Below are positions 1-12,028 of a stretch of 64,000 nucleotides of DNA, in pieces. Positions within the stretch are counted from its first letter, which is position 1; each line of letters starts with the position of its first letter. The notes beneath the pieces are model-generated. The model ran no database searches. It was not told where the DNA came from and saw only the letters and a list, made by a program, of their open reading frames with translations. Position numbers and translations under genes: made by a program. Origin of the DNA: Takakia lepidozioides (taxonomy: Eukaryota > Plantae > Bryophyta); assembly GCA_030704615.1 (NCBI GenBank), contig CM060732.1, positions 58,404,001 through 58,468,000 on the forward strand. Direction: 5' to 3'.

Positions 1-5
1 GTGGT

Positions 6-1175
6 ATGCATACAGAGGTGCAACAATTCGTGGCTAGGTGCATGGTGTGTGACAGGGTGCGTGCTTCATTCAACGCCCCTACACCACAGTTGCATCCTTT
101 ACCAATCATGGGATTGGGCTACAGGTGGAGTCTTGACTTCGCAGGACCGTTGCCACTAACTATGCGCCACCACAGATATGTGTTGGTGATGGTGGAGCAC
201 TTCTCCAAGTGGATTGAGTTGGTTCCATTGCCTGACAAGGCTAGTGAGGGGGCTGGGTATGCATTCTTGGATCGTGTGCTTAGCCGATTTGGTGCTCCAG
301 CTGAGGTACTCACGGACCAAGGGAGAGAGTTCTTGGGGGAGTTTGAGGCTTTGTGTGATAAAGCCTTGATAGACCACCGCACCACTTCTCGGGATCATCC
401 TGAGGCCGATGGCTTGGCAGAGAGAGTTGTTCAGACGGTGAAAGAGGGTTTGCGCAAGTATGGCTTGCAGAAGGGACATCTAGGAGATTGGGATCTTCAA
501 GTTCCTTGGTTAGCCATGGGCTACAGGTTCAGCAAACAAACATCACTTGCCTCCTTCTCACCATATTTCCCTCTCTTTGGCCGAGAGCCGGATTTGCCTG
601 CAGCCATTTGTAGGGACACTGCTCAAGTCCTTAACCTTGACGATCCGGACGTGTGGGTACGTGCATGTGATCAGCGTGCAGAGTTGTTCAAGAAAGTCAT
701 GCCCATGGCTTTTGAGAACCTTGCCATTGCACAACACCGTGATACGTTGAGGTATGCCACTATACGTGGTGGAGGATATCGTCCTGGGGTTCGGAGGTTT
801 AGCCCTGGTGACTATGTTTATTTGCAGCAGACTGCTCCTACGACTCTGGATGTTACTGCAGGGCGTGTTATTCTGAGGGTTCAAGAGGTGTTGTCCTCAG
901 GAGTCCTGATCTTGGAGGGTCGGGATGGCATGACTTGGAAGGATCATGTGCGTAATCGTGCGCCATGTCACCTTCCCAATGTCGATGGCAGAGTTGACCC
1001 AAACTTGGCAGTGGTACCTGCAGGTTTGAGGTGCATGCTCTGTGGGTCTGCCAAAGGGGTAGCCACCATGCTGGTGTGTGATCGATGCTCAAGAGGTTGG
1101 CATATGGGATGCTTGATACCACCTCTTGAGAGGGTTCCTGATGGAGATTGGTTATGTCCACACTGCTTAGGATAG
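6..1175 (+). mobile_element. Ty3/gypsy integrase, 5'-truncated by the window edge, with C-terminal PHD finger
   Basis: CMVC end of the H2C2 finger; rve core LDFAG...LTDQG...AERV (D,D,E); C-terminus CMLC-LVCDRC-WHMGC-WLCPHC is a C4HC3 PHD pattern directly before the stop. Confidence 0.9.
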
Positions 1176-1423
1176 TGGCAGTGGACATGACTAGAGGCAG
1201 CTAACAAGACATGGGGGCCAAGCTCAGAGGAGTCAATACACGAGATCCCAGGCTCAAGTTCACAGGTTGCACGACGGCGACTAACGATGGGGCAACTCTT
1301 GCACCCGGCCTCTTGATCTATTGAGTTTGAGTGTAGTAGGGACAGAGGTGGAGGACTTAGTGAGGCTATGGTCACTATCACACCTTGTGGCTACCTGGAC
1401 TTAGAGGGACCTAAGCACCAGCT

Positions 1424-1681
1424 AGGGGGGCGATTGTGTGGACTAGTGACTGCCATAGTGGGCAGCATAGTGGCAGCCTAGTGACTGACTAGTTGTGGCC
1501 TAGTGGTTGGACTAGTGGCTGGACTAGTGGTGGACTAGTGATATACTAGTGTGTGGCGTACATTTGTGTTGTGTGGTTTTGGACAACGATGTAGTTGTGT
1601 AGCGATATGTATGCGCACGACATCTTGTTAAGGTTGAGGAGTCACTGGGTCTTTCGTCGGAGTGCCCAGATAGCGACTGCA
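1424..1681 (+). mobile_element. Probable polypurine tract and 3' LTR (about 1435-1681) of the PHD-integrase element
   Basis: AGGGGGGCGA then TG at 1435; internal (G)ACTAGT repeats; candidate CA end at 1680-1681. The partner LTR is outside the window, so the right end is unverified. Confidence 0.45.
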
Positions 1682-2140
1682 TGCTCCCTTTTCAACAACA
1701 AAAGACCCATTTGTACCAGCAGGCCCAGCTCGCCCCACATCACAAAGACCTTCCCATGCAGGTCATGCATTTGTGGAAGGACTCACCTCAGATTGGAGGT
1801 GAATACCAAACATCTTTCATCCATAGCCATTTTCTAGTGTCATGCTCTTACAAACACAATGGCTGCTTACTGGGGCGATTGCACTGCGCAGCACCTTCAC
1901 CTTACTCTCAATGAGGCTAGACGTAGAGATGGAAGAGGAGAACCACCAAATGGAGCTGCAGAGAACCAGGAAGCAAGTGGAAGGAGCAGGGTTGCCCACA
2001 GCCTCTTCTTCATCAGTCGACTCAGTATCAGGAGGAGCTGGAATGGCTTCATCACCAGTCCCCTTACATCTAGGGATCCAGTCCAAAGGTAAGGGAAAAG
2101 CCTCTCCACCGAAGATCCAGCCACACTTGCGCATGAAAAG

Positions 2141-2560
2141 CCTGGTAATCAGGCCTAAATTTCAGATGCCAGGCTGCATAGCCCTCAATGTGCAGGTCCA
2201 GAAGCATCAAAACACCCTGGATTCATTCAATTCCAGCCACATTTCTAGTGTGAAGACATAGCCGCCAATGCACATGGCAATTAGGCCTGGAATCAGCTGC
2301 AAAATCTTCGTAAGGCCTCACCATAGGCATGAAATGCTTCAAACTCCTGCAATAAAAGCACTTAGCAGCCCCCATTCACACCAACAGAAGCTCACATCTG
2401 AACAGGTGTGAAGACATAGCCGCCAATGCACATGCCAAGACCAATGATTAGGTCTGGAATTCTATTCCCAGGCTGCAAAGCCTTCATTACGCTTCTCCAT
2501 AAGCGTCAAACGCCATGAATTCATGCATCAGGAGCACTTAGCCGTCACCATCCACTCCAG
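2141..2560. repeat. Degenerate direct repeat, period about 155-160 bp
   Basis: GTGTGAAGACATAGCCGCCAATGCACATG at about 2248 and 2406; ATTAGG(C/T)CTGGAAT...GCTGCAAA also recurs. Confidence 0.6.
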
Positions 2561-3819
2561 CACTGCTTCCACAAGCAGAGGCCGAAGCAGCAATTCGCAA
2601 GCTGATGGGCACCGACAACGTTGAAAGCCTGCGTCACACTTCTCCCCTGCTACTCCTTCCTAATCGTCATGGTCAAAACCTTCCCTAGAGCTGGAACACT
2701 TCGCGCATTTCAGTCAACGTGAACTTCGTCCCCCTTCTTCAACAGCTCTTGAACACCTTTAGCTGAACTATCACAATATGGGAAATTAGCTGTATTATCC
2801 TGCACACCTCCGAAAGGACGAGGTCCGATTGAACAGCACACTTACTGTCAACGAATGTGGTGCACAGTCAGGAACACTTGTTTTTGCAAAACCTGGAGTA
2901 GGACACTTGAAGTGCACGTGGTGCGCAATCCCTCTTTGGCTTTTGTGTTTCCTTTCATGGACGTCTGTTGTGGAGCAGGAAACCATGTCCGTGAAGTACT
3001 TCCACTACTTGTGACCACACCACCATGTCCAGCCAGCTTCATGCTAATGATCGCCGTCTCTCTCATCCGACCCCCAGCCTGTCGTGCTCACCCCCTCCAC
3101 GGGAACTTCATTCGACAGAGAGAGATCTATTTTCCTGAATCACATAGCTGCGCCTCTGAAACCGTATCCTATGTCGATTGCTTATTCTTGCATTCCCGGC
3201 CATGAGTCTAGCATTTGCCAAAACTTACTTCACCAATTCAGTGCTTGCAAGCAAGCTACGTTACATATCCGTGCAAATCCTCCTCTCAAAATGTAACCTA
3301 ATATCACTTCTCCATTTGTGACCTACCCCGTCGCAATCAAATATTTCTTAACATATCTCTGATTGAGTTCAGTGAGTTCGCATCTCTGCCGTTTGTGACA
3401 GAGAGTCGTCAGACTATAATGACCTCACTCCAGACCCGTGTCTCTGAGCCACCATGGGTTCTCAAGTGTATGGAAGGCGGATTGAGATACTGGTCTCTCT
3501 CTCATTTTCAAAACAAAAACCACAAGTGCTAAAAAACTAAACTCACCTCTGGCACTCACAGATGCAAGATCATCTCTCTTGAGTGATAGAAAACTAAGAA
3601 CACACTATTCACACAAGAAACATGAAATCCAACACCATCACTCTTTAAAATAGTAGTCAAGCCAGGGGCACCCCAAGCTATGGGGACTCCACCCCACAAA
3701 CAACCTATCCTCCCTTCATAAGCACACTTAGATTCTGAACGATGAAAGAGCTCGGTCGTGCAGGCTCAACTCGAGAGAGATGAGCCGCACAACTGACGCT
3801 CTCGTGAAGATAAGACGGT

Positions 3820-3906
3820 TCAGGTGTCAAACTAAACTTGACACCTGACTTAACACTTGAACTAAATCCAAGTGTTAAATATAAATAACTAGCTTTATTC
3901 TAGTTA
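3820..3906. repeat. Three adjacent perfect inverted repeats
   Basis: TCAGGTGTCAA/TTGACACCTGA (3820-3848), TTAACACTTG/CAAGTGTTAA (3850-3878), TAACTAG/CTAGTTA (3886-3906). Confidence 0.9.
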
Positions 3907-5127
3907 GTTTCACACTGTGTTTATTTAACTTGACACCACCCTAAGTAGTCATAAGAGGGGGATAATGGAAAAATATAAATTATTATTTATAATCGCAATC
4001 AGAAAAAATCGCCATTATGACTTATTAGGTCGGCTCTAAGGAGCTGTAGGGCAACGTTGAGTCCTGCGATTTGGAGCTGCGATTTTCAAGCTAAGTGTCG
4101 AAGTGTCGGGATGAAGCCAATACACCTCACGGATGAAGCAGGAATAAATGGGCGCTGATGGATGGAAAATGAGCACACCTAGTTGATGATCGTAGATGAC
4201 GGGCGGATGAACAGACTTGACAGTTGGACGTCACTGGGTGGATGAATAAGTAAGCATAGCTGGATGACAGAAAGATGAATGAAGGTGGTGCATAGAAAGG
4301 TGTGCTTATTCATCCGTATGAATGAAAAGAAGTAGATGCAGAAAAACTAGGGGGGCACAAGTATTATCGGCGCGCAGGGTAGATTTAATAGGGATAATTA
4401 CGCGCGATCTGCCAAATAAAAGAAGCCAAGAACGATGGGTTAGCCATGGAATTAGCGGTCTCTCAGCACACCATCCGCTGTGGACCGGGGAAGAATATAA
4501 GCGAGTAGTAAGCATGAATCAGGACCTCAATGTGTGAGATATGGGCTGGTACAGTCCAGACTGAGTGGGCAGTAAATGGTGAACCTTTGGTGCATATGGT
4601 GAAGGTCTTGTCTCTTGAGATGCAATGTTTGGGGCATATAGACGGATCAGATGCTTAAGGATTGGGGGTTTGAATTTGAGACATAGACTTAGAATGACTC
4701 ATGTTCACATCAGATTGTGCCAGAACTGGAGCAGGTTGCTGACAAGATCTTCAAATTATTGTTGAGGGAAAGCATCATGGGTACTTAGAGCACAAATAGT
4801 TAATCGTACCAGGAGTATAAGCGTTTGATTCATTTCCACAATCTACAATGTAGATAGAAAACCCTTGGAATCATGATGGCGGTAGCATAGATTTTGACCA
4901 CTTGTTTATGCTCATTCAATTCAGTTTTAAGGGTAGAGAGATACACATAGGATAAGAGATGAAACTCATTAGAACTAGACATACTTGCAATTTCTAGGAT
5001 AGCATGCTAGATGGCGTAGGTGATATCTTCTCTTCTGCTGCGGTGTCACTTGTGTCATCCAACTAACCACAATGCATGAGCGAACAAGAAGAATATGCAT
5101 GAGCCCTCTTTTTTGCTCTACAGAGTC

Positions 5128-5368
5128 TTAAGAGAGGGAAAATTGAAAGATATAAATTCTATTTATAATCGCCCTTAGGACTCCTTAGGGCGGCCCTAAC
5201 GAGTCCGAAGAGAGGAAAATAGAAAGATGTAAATTATTATTTATAATCGCCCTAAGGGGTCCGGAGAAGGAAAAAATGGAAAGATAAAAATTATTATTTA
5301 TAATCGTCTTTAGGACTTTAGGGCAACCTTAAGGAGTCATAACAAGGGGGGAAAATAGAAAGATGTAG
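5128..5368. repeat. AT-rich tandem repeat of about 55-80 bp units, with one more unit at about 3950-4060
   Basis: GGAAAAT.GAAAGAT.TAAATT..TATTTATAATCG plus CCTTAGG/CCTAAGG repeated 3-4 times; same core near 3955-3996. Confidence 0.75.
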
Positions 5369-6363
5369 TAATTGGGATACAAGATCTGTAATTTTTTTGG
5401 ATTAGAAAATATCATGTATTTTAAGGAACATTCGGCGTTCAGCTACGTAATAGGATGAATGAAGTGCATGAAAACTCTGCAACCTACAAGCAACGTGTTT
5501 TCAAGAGAGTGATTTTTGTAATTATTTCAATTGGAAATAGAGCGTTGACAAACTTGGTAAGTGCTTTTGTTTATAGTAAAATATTATATTACATTAAAAA
5601 TCCAATAAATCTGATTCATCTTCATATTATTTTGTCGAGCATGTGTGTATGTGCACACGTGCGCAAATATATAATATATAATAAATTAGTGGCATGTTCC
5701 AACATGAATCAATGTATATTCATTGAGAAATCTATTTCACGACGACGAAGTGCACAATCAGCAAGGCTCAGCTGGCCACAAACTATAAGACGGACTAAAC
5801 GAACATTTCATGATATTTTGGACCGAGACGTTTCCAGTGACCAACAAAATCTGACCGCAATATTAAGGTTACTCATTCGTCGAGTACTTTGAGAAGGGAA
5901 TCAAGCCTAATTCCAGTAGATCGTAATACTGAGAGTGAGTTTCCAGGTTATGATGTATTAGCCCCTACCTACCACAATTTCATGGATGTGAAAGATGTTG
6001 AGCTCTCAATTATTCAAATAAAATAAAATTCATGGTAGAGATTGCATAACTCTTAGAGACTATTTGATTTGTCCAAGATGTAATACAAGATATATACTAT
6101 ATATTAGCAGTAATATATGTATGAGACATCCAATGTACCTATTCAAAAAAAAAAAAAAACCTATTCAAACAATCTTAAATAAGTTTCAAAATCTGAAAAC
6201 TAATAAAGTTTTAGCTTACATAGATTATTTTATTTGTCCAAGAAAAAACATATTATAGTTTAGATTACACAAATGATATGTCACATGATATTTCCAAATA
6301 TGGGATTGTAAAACCACAGTACGTTGTAAAGCCTTAGAGCATAATCTAGTTCGATAATCTGTC

Positions 6364-7472
6364 TCAAAAATCTGAACTATTTTGTATTTCGTTCCTTTTA
6401 TTTAGAGAGAACACCCTCCCCCATGAAGCTTGAACTCCACCACTGTGATGGGAGTCGACAGTGGATGTACCTTCACGAGTCTGTGATGAAGAGGAGAATA
6501 ATTAGTGAGAAATGTTTCATAGCACATTTGGGTGGGAATGCAGACCCATTCCGGATGGAACGGGTTCAGAGTCATTGCTCATGGACCGCCATAACTAAGT
6601 GCGCTGAAGCACTCAATTCAGGCAGTGCGAACATCATGCCTTTATAACAAGGTGTACAGTGGAACTTCAACAGAGAAGGCATAAATATAAAGTATTTGAA
6701 ACCTACATTCTGCCCTGGGCAATCCCCCTTCGTCAGATATAGGTTGTTGACAGAGTTCCAGGTCTTGATAATCCACATCTCCGAGGCTTTCAAGTAGCTT
6801 GTCAACTCCCGACGACATCTCATCGTGATAGATTGTATGATAACAAGAACCCCTACATCGGAAAGGAAAAACTTGCAAAATGAAAACACCCAACTCCAAT
6901 ACCTCTCGTCAAATTTGTTCCAGGTTGGGCAGGTGTCACTGGGAAAAATATCCGAGACTGGATGCCCGTCCGGAATGTCCACGATAACCATCTCCAAAGC
7001 AAACGGTTTCTGTGCACCATTCACCCAAGATTCTTTCCCCCTCCATGCCTGCAAGCACTATAGCGTGTAAGAAGGGGATGATGTTTTATAAGCGATATGT
7101 CTGATCCGAGTAAAAATAAAACAAAGAAATCAAAACTCAAACAGATGCATGATAATTGCTTACTGATTGGAGAAAAGCACATAGCTTGTCCCACGTTTTG
7201 GAAGGATCACCACTGTAACTTGACTTCTGTGTCTCAATCATGGCCAGGAACCCGTCGTTTACCAGTTTGCACATGCCTGAAAAAATGATTATGGATGGGT
7301 GCTCCATTGCATCGTAGAGCTCTTTTAGACCCTTCTTCTTTCGGTCAGGTTTTTTGGCTGGGGGTGGGGTCTGCACTTGCCCCGGTTTCACCACGGACTC
7401 CTTCTCATTGTCATTCTGACTCTTTTTCTGCCCCTTTCCCTTCCCTTTCCCCTTGTCCTTTCTAGGCTTCAC
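6364..7472 (-). pseudogene. Spliced gene fragment resembling the catalytic half of a beta-class N6A/N4C DNA methyltransferase
   Basis: Exons 7472-7164, 7048-6707 and tentatively 6480-6364, joined by phase-0 GT-AG introns. LEMVIVDIPDG...WNKFDERYWSWVFSFCKFFLSDVGVLVI mirrors the DLIxxDPPY...W...RxLKxxGxL layout. No FxGxG motif found; the 5' end abuts a retroelement remnant. Confidence 0.5.
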
Positions 7473-7639
7473 TGGCGTATTCTATGCAAGATGCTCTTTC
7501 TCAGCCAATATCCTTAAGTTTCTCTTGTGCAACTCCTTCTCCATCAAAGGGGCCAATGCCTCTGCATTTTCGTTTTGATTTCGGGTCACAAGCTCAGACC
7601 AATGGCATCCAGAACGTGGGATATCCATATACCAGCAGT

Positions 7640-9400
7640 AGTCTCGAGGACACTAAATCTGCTCTACAGCTTGCAAAGTGAAACTTGATTGAAGCAGGTC
7701 TGGGGCAGGAGAAGTTGCATGAAGTACATAAGCAACAACTATACCAGTTGCAGGCTAAGCATGAGGGCAAACTGCATGAAGTGTAGTTGCTTCATATGGA
7801 ATTGGAAGCAATCCATAATAGAATGACCATACAATATGCCACACTAACGACTAATCTAGAGCTGACTGCACTAGAAGCTAAGAACCAAGCTGAGAGATGT
7901 TTAATGGCAGAGATAGAGTCAGTGGAGCAGGCGAAACTCATTGCTGACATGAAGGCTATTGTCTGTCGCAATGAGGATACCTTTCAACAGGACCACCAGG
8001 TCGATGCCCAGAAGGACAGGTACATCCTTGAATTGCAGCAAACAATCACAGTACGGGAGAATGAGCTTTTTGTGACTGACAAGGCCTGGAAAGAAGCCAA
8101 TAATCTATCCGTTGCCTATGCAACTTTGGTGGAACCTCATGCAAAATGCATAGAAAGTTTACAGCAGCAGTTGGAAACATATAGACTCAAAAAGGAGCAA
8201 GACCTCCGTGGTGCTACACAGGACTTGGTGGATAATCATCTTTTGCAAGAGTGGTTAACACAAAGGCCAGTGGAAGGGAATGCACCAAGAAAGCTCACCC
8301 AAGAGGAGATGATTGATCTCAGGCTACGGGTGCAGAACATTGCCACAACCACTATAAACAATGTCTATAGTCGGATAGCTTAGTTACATGAGGATGTAGA
8401 AGGGCTGCAGACTCAAGTGGATGACTTGAGCTCCGACATTGAAAAAAATACCTTTGTTCCTGAGGAACAGCTCGTGGCTACTTATTTGCACGCAATGACT
8501 CTGATTTTCCAATCTTTAGCACATGAGGTGTAGGCATTGCCAACATCAGGAGGGACAGTGGCATCAATATCACAACAACCACACCTGGTCGACACTGTTG
8601 ATACCATGGCACTGCAGCAATCTGAGGTTTGGGATGATGCTTCTTTCAACCCATCTATTATTACTCACTGCACTTGAATACAATTGGGTTATGATTATGC
8701 CCTTCAACCAAATTCCCATTGTTATAGATTTGGCTTGGAAAGAATTCAATCCTCCAGAGTCTTTGGCCCACCATTACCAGATTATGCGCATTTGGTTGCC
8801 AGTGGCAACTTGGACTAAAGTTCTTTCAAATGACAGACCCATTGAAGATCACCATTTTGGCGGTACTAGTCTGAGGTAGGCACCATGCCGAAGGAATTAA
8901 TTGCCTTCCAGATTGTTCATGGATACATGTACACCAAGACCAAGGAGATACCTAGTTTGGTCATGGGTTGTGGACTGTATTATGTTGCTTGTTTTATTTC
9001 ACGCTATCACATTGAGCAGCAAAGGATGCAGATGAGATTTCAGACTTATTCCAATGGGGATCATTGGGTGATACCTTTGGTTCCATCACATACATATCTG
9101 TATGATGTAAGAATCATGCTTTAGAAGGATTCCCAACTTCGTTCTTCGTTCACTTTTGCTCTGGAGAATTTGGCCAAGAAAAACTTGGGTCTTGACCACA
9201 TTTTTTCTAAAGGGCATGAAGCCAAAAAGTGTTACACTTCTCCAACGCCATTCGCACACCACTAAGCTATACAGATGAGGAGCTGCGGGTGTACACTAAT
9301 TTTGCCCGCAAGAGATTGATACAAGTTTTAAAGTTTAAGCTTCCAGACATGGTGGGCAAACAATGTATGCCACGCAGGATTCCTGAGAAGCCACATTTTG
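7640..9400 (+). pseudogene. Diverged second copy of the gypsy accessory ORF (homolog of 13250-15000, minus strand)
   Basis: Shared peptides: ALQLAK..LIEAGL, APRKLTQ.EM..LRL.VQNIATTTI.NVYSRIA, IMPFNQIPI..DLAWKEF, ELIAFQ.VHG, MGCGLYY, KLPDMVG..CMP. Several stops and frameshifts. Confidence 0.9.
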
Positions 9401-10370
9401 GTTGCGATTTACTTTCCTGTTCCTTAGTCAGTATCTGCTATGGCGGCTGAGTTAGTTTTCCTGATAGGGCTAGTTGATGTGGTCGACTATAGGAGTTGCA
9501 TGTGTAGTAATTGCATATGCAAGTGGGGTTCGGGTTTTAAGGCTGTTTTTGTGAGAATGTTGCTCCTTACTTTTTGGCAGACGGTAGTGGGAGAAGGCAA
9601 GGAGATAGAGAAGTGGAGGGCGCATGGTGATGTGAACGAGAGGCTAGGGCTTTAAGCTGGAGGGATCATGCTGATGAAGAAGTAAAAATTGGCTATTTGG
9701 GTCACTGCTTGGTGTTTGAGTCTGAAATTGCATATGCATGAGGGAAGTCTGATTGCAGCTTTGGCCAGCCAAGCATGTAAAGGGTGTGGGTACAATAGCT
9801 AGGAAATCAGGGCATGTAGGTAGTGCATCACTCAAATCACCTTGAGGGGAGACTCCATATTGCATAGATGGAATAGTAGGGTGCATCTGCAAAGTGGCAA
9901 CATTGTTCTTTTGTTCCAGAAGATCAATCGAACCCGCACTCGTGTGTAACTGACGAGTGTATTTGGATCTGCCCCTTGGACGCGAGAGATAAAAGATGAG
10001 AGGGAGTGAGAGAAAATGAGCGGATGCCGGGTAGGCTCGGGTAGTTCGATCAGGTTGTCTGACGGGGTGCCATGAACACAAGAGGGTGACTGCTCTTCAC
10101 GGGCTAGGCCCATCTTTCAAGGGAAATTCTGTGAAGGCTATGATGGGTGTTTTTCAATATGCGTGATCACATGCACGGCAGTTGTTAATCTATGACGGAT
10201 GTGTGTCCTACCCATGTCTTCTCTTCCGCTGCGGCATGGGTGGGATGGAATGTTACTCTGGTGACTTGAAGTGAATGTTGTGAGGAGATGTTTTGCCCCT
10301 TTCTTTTCACACCAACACCCCCTCACACTTAGGCGCATGGGGAGGGCCGAGTCAGGCCGTGCTGGGGTTT

Positions 10371-11183
10371 GCGACGTCCAGACGTCGCCAAAATGCCACA
10401 ATGGCGAGGTTGCGATTCCCCACAGTCGTATGTCTGCTGGGGCGACGCTCCTGTAGGGCCGCGACATTGGGGAGTCGCAAAGATGCCATTTTCCCCTTGG
10501 CCGCCACATGGCGAGGGCACGCCACCTCGCGGGGGTTGCGACTGCTAGAAGTCACCCGTCAGCGGTAATGCGACGGGCCTGCGACGTCCGGGAATCGCAG
10601 AGAGGCCCTATTTAGTGTCTCTTTGCAAAGGTCATGGCTGAGGCCAGGGTCAATTGATCCCCTTTTTCCAATATTTATAGTGCTCCTTCCCTCTTGCTAT
10701 ATAACAGTGCCAAAGTTCTTTCTACCACCATTGGTGCCAATCCCATTTGACGGCCGCCGCCACATTCTCCTCCTCATTACCTCAAGTAGGATGATGATTT
10801 TTTGCACATGCACATGATTTTGTTTTATTGTGTTCCCAAGCCATATGCTTAATGACAACGTTTGCTATGCGTGTGCAAATTTTGGGAGTGAACAAAAATC
10901 ATTTGGACTGAAAATCATATTTTCTTCCCTCTTTTTGCACTCCCAAGTTGAGTTCTTTTCAACTTCATGCACCCTCCATAGAGAGTTCCGCAATAGTGAG
11001 TGAAAGAAACTCTTTGTTTTTGTTTTTTATTTATTTTTGTTTGGTCCAATGTTTTCCATGGATGTAGTGGTCTGGGGTTTGCATTCACAAAACAAAATAG
11101 AGCTAAAACAAAAATCATTACGTAGAACAAATCCGCAATCATAGATATTATAAATGTAGGGGGTTGCGACCTCCAGGGGTCGC
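10371..11183. repeat. Array of GCGAC-N8-GTCGC dyads, likely CACTA subterminal repeats
   Basis: Perfect dyads at 10371, 10461 and 11166; 1-2 mismatch dyads at 10412, 10538 and 10581; spacer always 8 bp. Confidence 0.7.
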
Positions 11184-11845
11184 CTTGCGACGGCATTGCG
11201 ATGCCCCAACAGGTCTATGACGGCGGGGAATTGCAATATCGTCTTTTCTGTGTCTTTGCAAAGATCATGGCAGAGGCCAAGCTGAATGGATCCATTGTTG
11301 TAAATCTTTTTAGTCCTCCTTTTGTGCTACAATATAACAGGTCTATCTTGCATGTGGGAGACCGTGATCAACCCGGGCGGCCTTATTGTTAAAGACAAAG
11401 GGCAGGAAGAGGGGTGGGGACACTAGGAAAGGAAAAGGGAAGGGCCATGGGATTAGAGGGTTGAGGGTAGATTGCTTTGGCAATGGCTTTATCAACATTG
11501 TTGTCTTTTACACCAATTTCGAAGATTTTTTCTGTTGTATCGACATCATGTTAACCAAATCGATTGAAGGGTTTCCAGGGGTAAGTCTTGGTCAGCACTT
11601 GTAGAACAAGAACCATGTCTTCCAACATTCTTGCCCTCGTACAAAAACTCAACAATCCTAGATTTTTTTTTCGAGTCACAACTTCACTAGAATCATTCCT
11701 AGATTGCCACACCTACAAAAGATTTTTTTCATGGATTTTTCATTAATCAATCATAGAAATAAACTACAGGCATATACATGTACAATCAATCGAATGGATG
11801 GGTACAATTATGTGCGAGAATTATTATGAAGCTTTGATTACGTGT

Positions 11846-12028
11846 CTAATCAACTTGAATATCATTATCCGGAGCTTCTTCATCCTCATCAAGCTGCAAG
11901 TCTTCTTGCTTATCAGAGTCATTCTCATAAATGGCCTAGTCACCAAAAGACACATCTGAATTATCTTCCTTCTCGGTTTCAATGACCATGTATTCATCTT
12001 CTTCTCCAACATCCGCATCTGATGGAGC
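11846..12028 (-). pseudogene. Acidic C-terminal tail of the CACTA transposase, continuing from 25180
   Basis: Removing the gypsy element and one TSD restores ...TIYDEAP-SDADVGEEDEYMV... in frame; one internal TAG at 11936. Confidence 0.75.

Noticed and set aside
1859-1920. YWGDCTAQHLHL resembling the hAT DUF659 CxxH motif
   Set aside because: Only a few matching residues and no other transposase motifs in the right order.
2795-3010. WKYF on the minus strand as a BED zinc finger start
   Set aside because: Lacks the CxxC...H...H/C spacing and is preceded by a stop.
5455-5892. 145-aa ORF
   Set aside because: AT-rich, no motif or splice support; likely a chance ORF.
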